A DNA stretch of 64,000 bases from Fibrobacterales bacterium (GTDB taxonomy: Bacteria; Fibrobacterota; Fibrobacteria; Fibrobacterales; JAOPTW01). The stretch is from positions 11,449 to 75,448 of the forward strand of contig JAOPTX010000025.1 in assembly GCA_051532055.1 (NCBI GenBank). Reading direction: 5' to 3'. How positions within the stretch are numbered: the stretch's first letter is position 1; every line of letters begins with the position of its first letter. This document shows positions 59,809-64,000 of the stretch, one piece after another. The position numbers and the translations under genes are program-made. Below the pieces are notes generated by a model. That model was not told the DNA's origin and searched no databases. It saw only the letters and a program-made list of their open reading frames with translations.

Positions 59809-60393
59809 TTACTTCGTTTTGGGATAGAATATTTCGTCAATAATACCAAATTCAATAGCTTCTTCAGCACTCATAAAAAAGTCACGATCAGTCTTGTCTT
59901 TTACCTCTTCAATAGGTCTTCCAGATGCATCAGAAAGAATACCGTTAAGGGTCGCTTTAGTTTTTATGATCTCTTTTGCGTGAATTTGAATGTCAGTTGA
60001 TTGACCAGTAGCACTACCACTTGGTTGGTGAAGCATAACTCTAGAATTAGGGAGCGCATAACGTTTCCCTTTGGTACCACTTGCAAGAAGTACTGCTCCC
60101 ATACTAATACATGAGCCAATACAAATTGTTTGTATATCAGGTTTAATATGTTGCATGGTATCAAAAATAGCAAGTCCAGATGAAACATATCCACCTGGGC
60201 TATTGATATAGAGTGTGATATCTTTTTCAGGATCTTCATATTCGAGGAATATGAGCTGAGCCATAATATTATTGGCTACCTGATCGTCAATACCGGTACC
60301 GAGGAAGATGATTCGTTCTTTGAGGAGGCGTGAGTAGATATCATAAGCTCTCTCACCGCGACCTGTGTTCTCAATGACCGTTGGTATTAACAT
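59809..60393 (-). CDS. clpP: ATP-dependent Clp protease proteolytic subunit
   Basis: [27 protein letters not shown]. Confidence 0.97.
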   Translation of the reverse strand: MLIPTVIENTGRGERAYDIYSRLLKERIIFLGTGIDDQVANNIMAQLIFLEYEDPEKDITLYINSPGGYVSSGLAIFDTMQHIKPDIQTICIGSCISMGAVLLASGTKGKRYALPNSRVMLHQPSGSATGQSTDIQIHAKEIIKTKATLNGILSDASGRPIEEVKDKTDRDFFMSAEEAIEFGIIDEIFYPKTK

Positions 60394-60406
60394 ATTTTAA
60401 ATCCTT

Positions 60407-61660
60407 TTACTCTTCTTCGTCACGAATGCCAACAAGCCAGTTTAGAGTTTTCTCATATTTTAACTCTTCACGGATGTTCACAACGTGTCCCGAAGAACGG
60501 AGTGAAGCTTTCATTTGCTCAAAGTCCATACCGTACATATCTGCCATCTCTTTGATGCGAGCATCTACATCCGACTGGTTTACTTTGATCTTTTCGTTTT
60601 TTGAAATATAATCAATAATGCGGTATTTTTTGATATCTCTTTCAGCATTTTCACGACTTTGTTCAATCTCTTCCTCAGTTGGTTCAACTGGTTCGTGATC
60701 TTGACCCTGATTTTGCTGATTTATAATGTTTTTAGCGTATTGATAAATACGTGATTCAGGAATTTCAAATTTATTTGAATCAATAAGTTTATCAACGGCT
60801 TTTTTGTGAGCTTCGTAACGAGCTTCGTCACCTTTATATTTTTCAAGGCGTTCTTTTGTTTGTGCAGTAAGAGCATCAGCACTCTCAGCACCAAATTTTT
60901 TCGCAGCCTCATCATCAAGTTCAGGAACAGTAAGCTCTTTAACTTCAGTAACGTTAAGTTTGAAATATGCTGCTTTCTCTCTGAGGTCTTCTTGAAAGAA
61001 GTCTTTTGGGTAGGAAAATGATACTTCTATCTCTTCACCAGCTTTTACACCTTTGAGGGCTGCATCAAACTCTTTTGTTTGACTTGAACCAATCTCAATA
61101 CGGAAGTCTGGTTTTTCAGGGATAGTAGATGGCTCTTCACCGATTTTAACTTCGAGGTATTCCCCGACAACTACATCACCTTTTTTGGCTTTACGTGTGA
61201 TAGTTTTCTCTTCAGCGATGCTTTTCATCATACGCTCAAGGTCTTCCTTCACATCTTTATCAGATACTTTTACCGCAGCGAGTTTTACACCAAGTTTTTC
61301 ATACTTTGTGATCTCAATTTCTGGGTCAATATCGACAATAACAGTAAGTTTAATTGGACCTTTCTCATCATCTTCAAAATTTTGAAGATTTGCAGGAGCA
61401 ACGGGTTCAATATTGTTCTTTTTAAACTCTTCTTTAATAACCGCGTCGATAGTCTCTTCGACCGCCTCTTGACGGATACTTGGACCGAAACGAGCTACTA
61501 CAACATTTTTAGGTACTTTTCCTTTGCGGAAACCTTTAATGGAGATCTCTTTTCCATATTTTTTAATTTTTGCTTCAAAAGACTCTTTGATATTCTCTTG
61601 TGGAATCTCAATTTCGAGTTGTTTTTGAGTAGACTTTGGCTCTGAGACAGTAACGTTCAA
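60407..61660 (-). CDS. tig: Trigger factor
   Basis: GFRKGKVP signature; upstream of clpPX; TTG start. Confidence 0.93.
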   Translation of the reverse strand: MNVTVSEPKSTQKQLEIEIPQENIKESFEAKIKKYGKEISIKGFRKGKVPKNVVVARFGPSIRQEAVEETIDAVIKEEFKKNNIEPVAPANLQNFEDDEKGPIKLTVIVDIDPEIEITKYEKLGVKLAAVKVSDKDVKEDLERMMKSIAEEKTITRKAKKGDVVVGEYLEVKIGEEPSTIPEKPDFRIEIGSSQTKEFDAALKGVKAGEEIEVSFSYPKDFFQEDLREKAAYFKLNVTEVKELTVPELDDEAAKKFGAESADALTAQTKERLEKYKGDEARYEAHKKAVDKLIDSNKFEIPESRIYQYAKNIINQQNQGQDHEPVEPTEEEIEQSRENAERDIKKYRIIDYISKNEKIKVNQSDVDARIKEMADMYGMDFEQMKASLRSSGHVVNIREELKYEKTLNWLVGIRDEEE

Positions 61661-61700
61661 GGGGAACCTCTGTGATTATGTTTGATTAAATTAGAAGAAA

Positions 61701-61782
61701 TGCGAAGGGGGGGAGTCGAACCCCCACACCCGAAGGCGCCAGATCCTAAGTCTGGTGCGTCTGCCAATTCCGCCACCCTCGC
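61701..61782 (-). tRNA. tRNA-Leu(TAG), CCA not encoded
   Basis: GCGAGGGTGGCGGAATTGGCAGACGCACCAGACT-TAG-GATCTGGCGCCTTCGGGTGTGGGGGTTCGACTCCCCCCCTTCGCA; long variable arm. Confidence 0.96.
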
Positions 61783-61821
61783 ATTAGGTGGATGCAAATA
61801 TACTAAATAAATACTCTTTTG

Positions 61822-61859
61822 AAACCCTTATTTTTTACCTAAGCGTAAAAATAAGGGTT
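61822..61859 (-). terminator. Hairpin/terminator after the RNase gene
   Basis: AACCCTTATTTTT...AAAAATAAGGGTT inverted repeat. Confidence 0.6.
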
Positions 61860-61886
61860 AAAAGATTAAAATTTGCAATCCAACAA

Positions 61887-63425
61887 TTATTTTGAATACT
61901 CGTAGGTCTCAGTGATATCTTCACTATTTTTGGTATCGATCATCCAGAATTCATTTATATAAGCATCTTCATTCTCAACAAGCTCAATTTTCATTGAATA
62001 TTTCTCGTTGAGGTAGTGAAAGTAGAGTGCTCTATTATCCATTAGTACATCAACCATTTCAGTAGATATAACGAGAGAGATTTCTTTGTACTTAGCAGCT
62101 GTTTGGCAGCGAGCTAACCAGCGGTCAATGTTGGAAAGAAGAGTTTCTTCAGTGTAAATAAAACCATCGCCGTCGCAACAAGGACAAGTGTCAGTTTTTT
62201 CAGTCAATATGTTTGCGCGCACTCTTTTACGAGTCACTTCCATAAGACCAAATTGAGAGAGTGCTGAAAAGCTTACAGGAGCGCTGTCTCTTCTAATTGC
62301 TTTTTTGAACTCAGAAACAACCTTTTCTTGGTGTTCATCAGAGTCCATATCGATAAAGTCAATAACAATAAGGCCACCCATATCTCTGAGGCGCATCTGT
62401 TTGCAAATCTCACGAGCTGCATCGATGTTGGTCTCAAGAATATTTTTTGCCTGATCTTTACCGTGTACTTTTGGTCCAGTATTAATATCAATGGCAACAA
62501 GCGCTTCAGTCTGGTCAATTACCAGATAGCCGCCTCTTTTAAGTTTAACTTGGCTGTGGAGAGTTCTTTCGTACTCTTCTTCAATTCCAAAAGTCTCAAA
62601 GAGTGAGTCATTTGAACTCCAAAGTTTTACTTTCTTCGCTTTATCAGGAGAGAGCTCGGTGAGGTAATTCTTCATGCGAGTATACTCTTCTTTGTTGTCA
62701 ATATAGACAAAATCAGTGCTTTCAGAAAAGTAGTCTCTGAGTGTTGTTTCTGCTGAATTGGACTCCTCAAGAGCAACACATGGCGCGACGCCTTCTTCAA
62801 TGTTTTTTTGACAAGTGGCCCATTTACCTTCAAGAGTTTTCATTTGAGCTTCAAGTTCTTTTTCGTTTGCCCCAAGGCCATTGGTGCGTACAATATAACC
62901 TACATTACGAGATTTGATTGTACGGATGAATTTTTTGAGGTCTCTACGGCGCGCGTAATCGCGTTCTTTTTTTGAGACACCAATGAAGTTTGTACCAGGC
63001 ATACAGACTAAAAACCGGTCGGGAAAGGTAAGGTGAGTAGTAAGACGTGCACCTTTGGTAGAGATAGGCTCTTTAGTTATTTGAACAATGATCTCTTGTC
63101 CAGACTTAAGAAGTTTATCAATTGTTGGTTTTACATCTTTAACTTTTTCGTCATCATCATCACCGTACTGCTCTTGAAGAAATACGTTACGATCAATAAC
63201 ATCATCTACATGAAGGAATCCAGCTTTTTCGAGGCCGAGCTCTACAAATGCCGCCTGGAGCCCAGGAAGAACTTTTTGAACAACACCTTTATATATATTA
63301 CCGAGGACACGCTCTGTTTCGAGGTTTTCTGATACGATTTCAGAAAGCTGCCCATTTTCGACAATAGCGATACGTTTGTCATAAGGAGTTGAACTGATTA
63401 ATATTTCGCGTTTTGCTTTTTGCAT
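61887..63425 (-). CDS. rng: Rne/Rng-family ribonuclease (RNase G-sized)
   Basis: GNIYKGVV..VLPGLQAAFV S1 domain, KEPISTKGARLT, IDINTG, RLRDMGGLIVIDFIDM, CPCCDG. Confidence 0.9.
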   Translation of the reverse strand: MQKAKREILISSTPYDKRIAIVENGQLSEIVSENLETERVLGNIYKGVVQKVLPGLQAAFVELGLEKAGFLHVDDVIDRNVFLQEQYGDDDDEKVKDVKPTIDKLLKSGQEIIVQITKEPISTKGARLTTHLTFPDRFLVCMPGTNFIGVSKKERDYARRRDLKKFIRTIKSRNVGYIVRTNGLGANEKELEAQMKTLEGKWATCQKNIEEGVAPCVALEESNSAETTLRDYFSESTDFVYIDNKEEYTRMKNYLTELSPDKAKKVKLWSSNDSLFETFGIEEEYERTLHSQVKLKRGGYLVIDQTEALVAIDINTGPKVHGKDQAKNILETNIDAAREICKQMRLRDMGGLIVIDFIDMDSDEHQEKVVSEFKKAIRRDSAPVSFSALSQFGLMEVTRKRVRANILTEKTDTCPCCDGDGFIYTEETLLSNIDRWLARCQTAAKYKEISLVISTEMVDVLMDNRALYFHYLNEKYSMKIELVENEDAYINEFWMIDTKNSEDITETYEYSK

Positions 63426-63563
63426 ATAGTTAAATCCTATTAACCCTACTTACAATATAAGTGGGGTAAAAAAATTGTATTCTGAAAAAAGGAAGAGAGG
63501 TATGTCATAATTGACCTACCAGGAGTCCTTTAGCCAGCGCTGTACAACCACATTTGTGGCTGA

Positions 63564-64000
63564 TTATTCTCGGATATGACCATCTCCACGAACAATCCAT
63601 TTGTATGTTGTCAGGCTGTCTACACCCATTGGGCCGCGAGCATGCAATTTGTCTGTACTTATTCCGACTTCTGCGCCAAGTCCATATTCACCACCATCGG
63701 CAAATCGGGTTGAAGCATTAACCATGATAGAAGAACTATCAATTGAACTTAAAAATTTATCCTGAACCAGTACATCATTGGCAACAATCGCCTCAGTGTG
63801 TCCGGATCCATACTTTTCAATGTGATCAATAGCTTCGTCAACTCCATCAACCATTTTGATAGAGAGTTTAAAGTCGAGGTATTCAGTACCCCATTCAGAC
63901 TCTTCGGCTATTGCTAAAAATTTATTAAGCTGATGAATGCGTTCACAAACTACAAGTTCTACGTTTGCTTCGAGCATTTCATCAATGAGTTCAATTATCG
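63564..64000 (-). CDS. proA: Gamma-glutamyl phosphate reductase, 5'-truncated by window edge
   Basis: [44 protein letters not shown]. Confidence 0.95.
   Translation of the reverse strand, partial: IIELIDEMLEANVELVVCERIHQLNKFLAIAEESEWGTEYLDFKLSIKMVDGVDEAIDHIEKYGSGHTEAIVANDVLVQDKFLSSIDSSSIMVNASTRFADGGEYGLGAEVGISTDKLHARGPMGVDSLTTYKWIVRGDGHIRE

Overview
AT-rich bacterial chromosomal window. Ser-rich lipoproteins, a DUF2225 gene and the overall gene content suggest a flagellated Fibrobacterota/FCB-group organism (inference, not proven). Positions 700-1400 look like the chromosomal replication origin. They hold at least nine exact copies of a non-canonical DnaA-box-like 9-mer (YTWTCAACA) and an AT-rich tract with DnaA-trios abutting tandem boxes. 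This putative origin lies inside a polysaccharide locus rather than next to dnaA. Positions 1-35.6 kb are a Wzx/Wzy-type surface glycan cluster: ugd, manC, rfbACDB, fdtAACB-like genes, a GT11 fucosyltransferase, wzx, six further GTs, an MBOAT+SGNH O-acetylation pair, wzy, wzi-like, wzz, gmd/fcl and an SLBB export protein. The cluster is interrupted by two paralogous unknown lipoproteins and an RCC1-repeat lipoprotein that is flanked by a decayed duplicate of the wzi-like 3' end. Exported proteins here are very rich in D-(S/T)-hydrophobic tripeptides, the Bacteroidota O-glycosylation sequon. Next come a GH149-like beta-1,3-glucan phosphorylase divergent from an Opp/Dpp-family ABC importer, prfA-prmC, a GGDEF protein, lpxK, DUF2225 and a sigma28-type fliD-fliS-(fliT) operon. 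The window ends with HD-GYP, ArsD-like and cNMP-binding proteins, beta-carbonic anhydrase, a beta-CASP hydrolase, tRNA-Leu-tig-clpP-clpX, RNase G/E and partial proA. Two diverged ERIC-like palindromic elements are also present. All calls come from reading the sequence; no searches were run.
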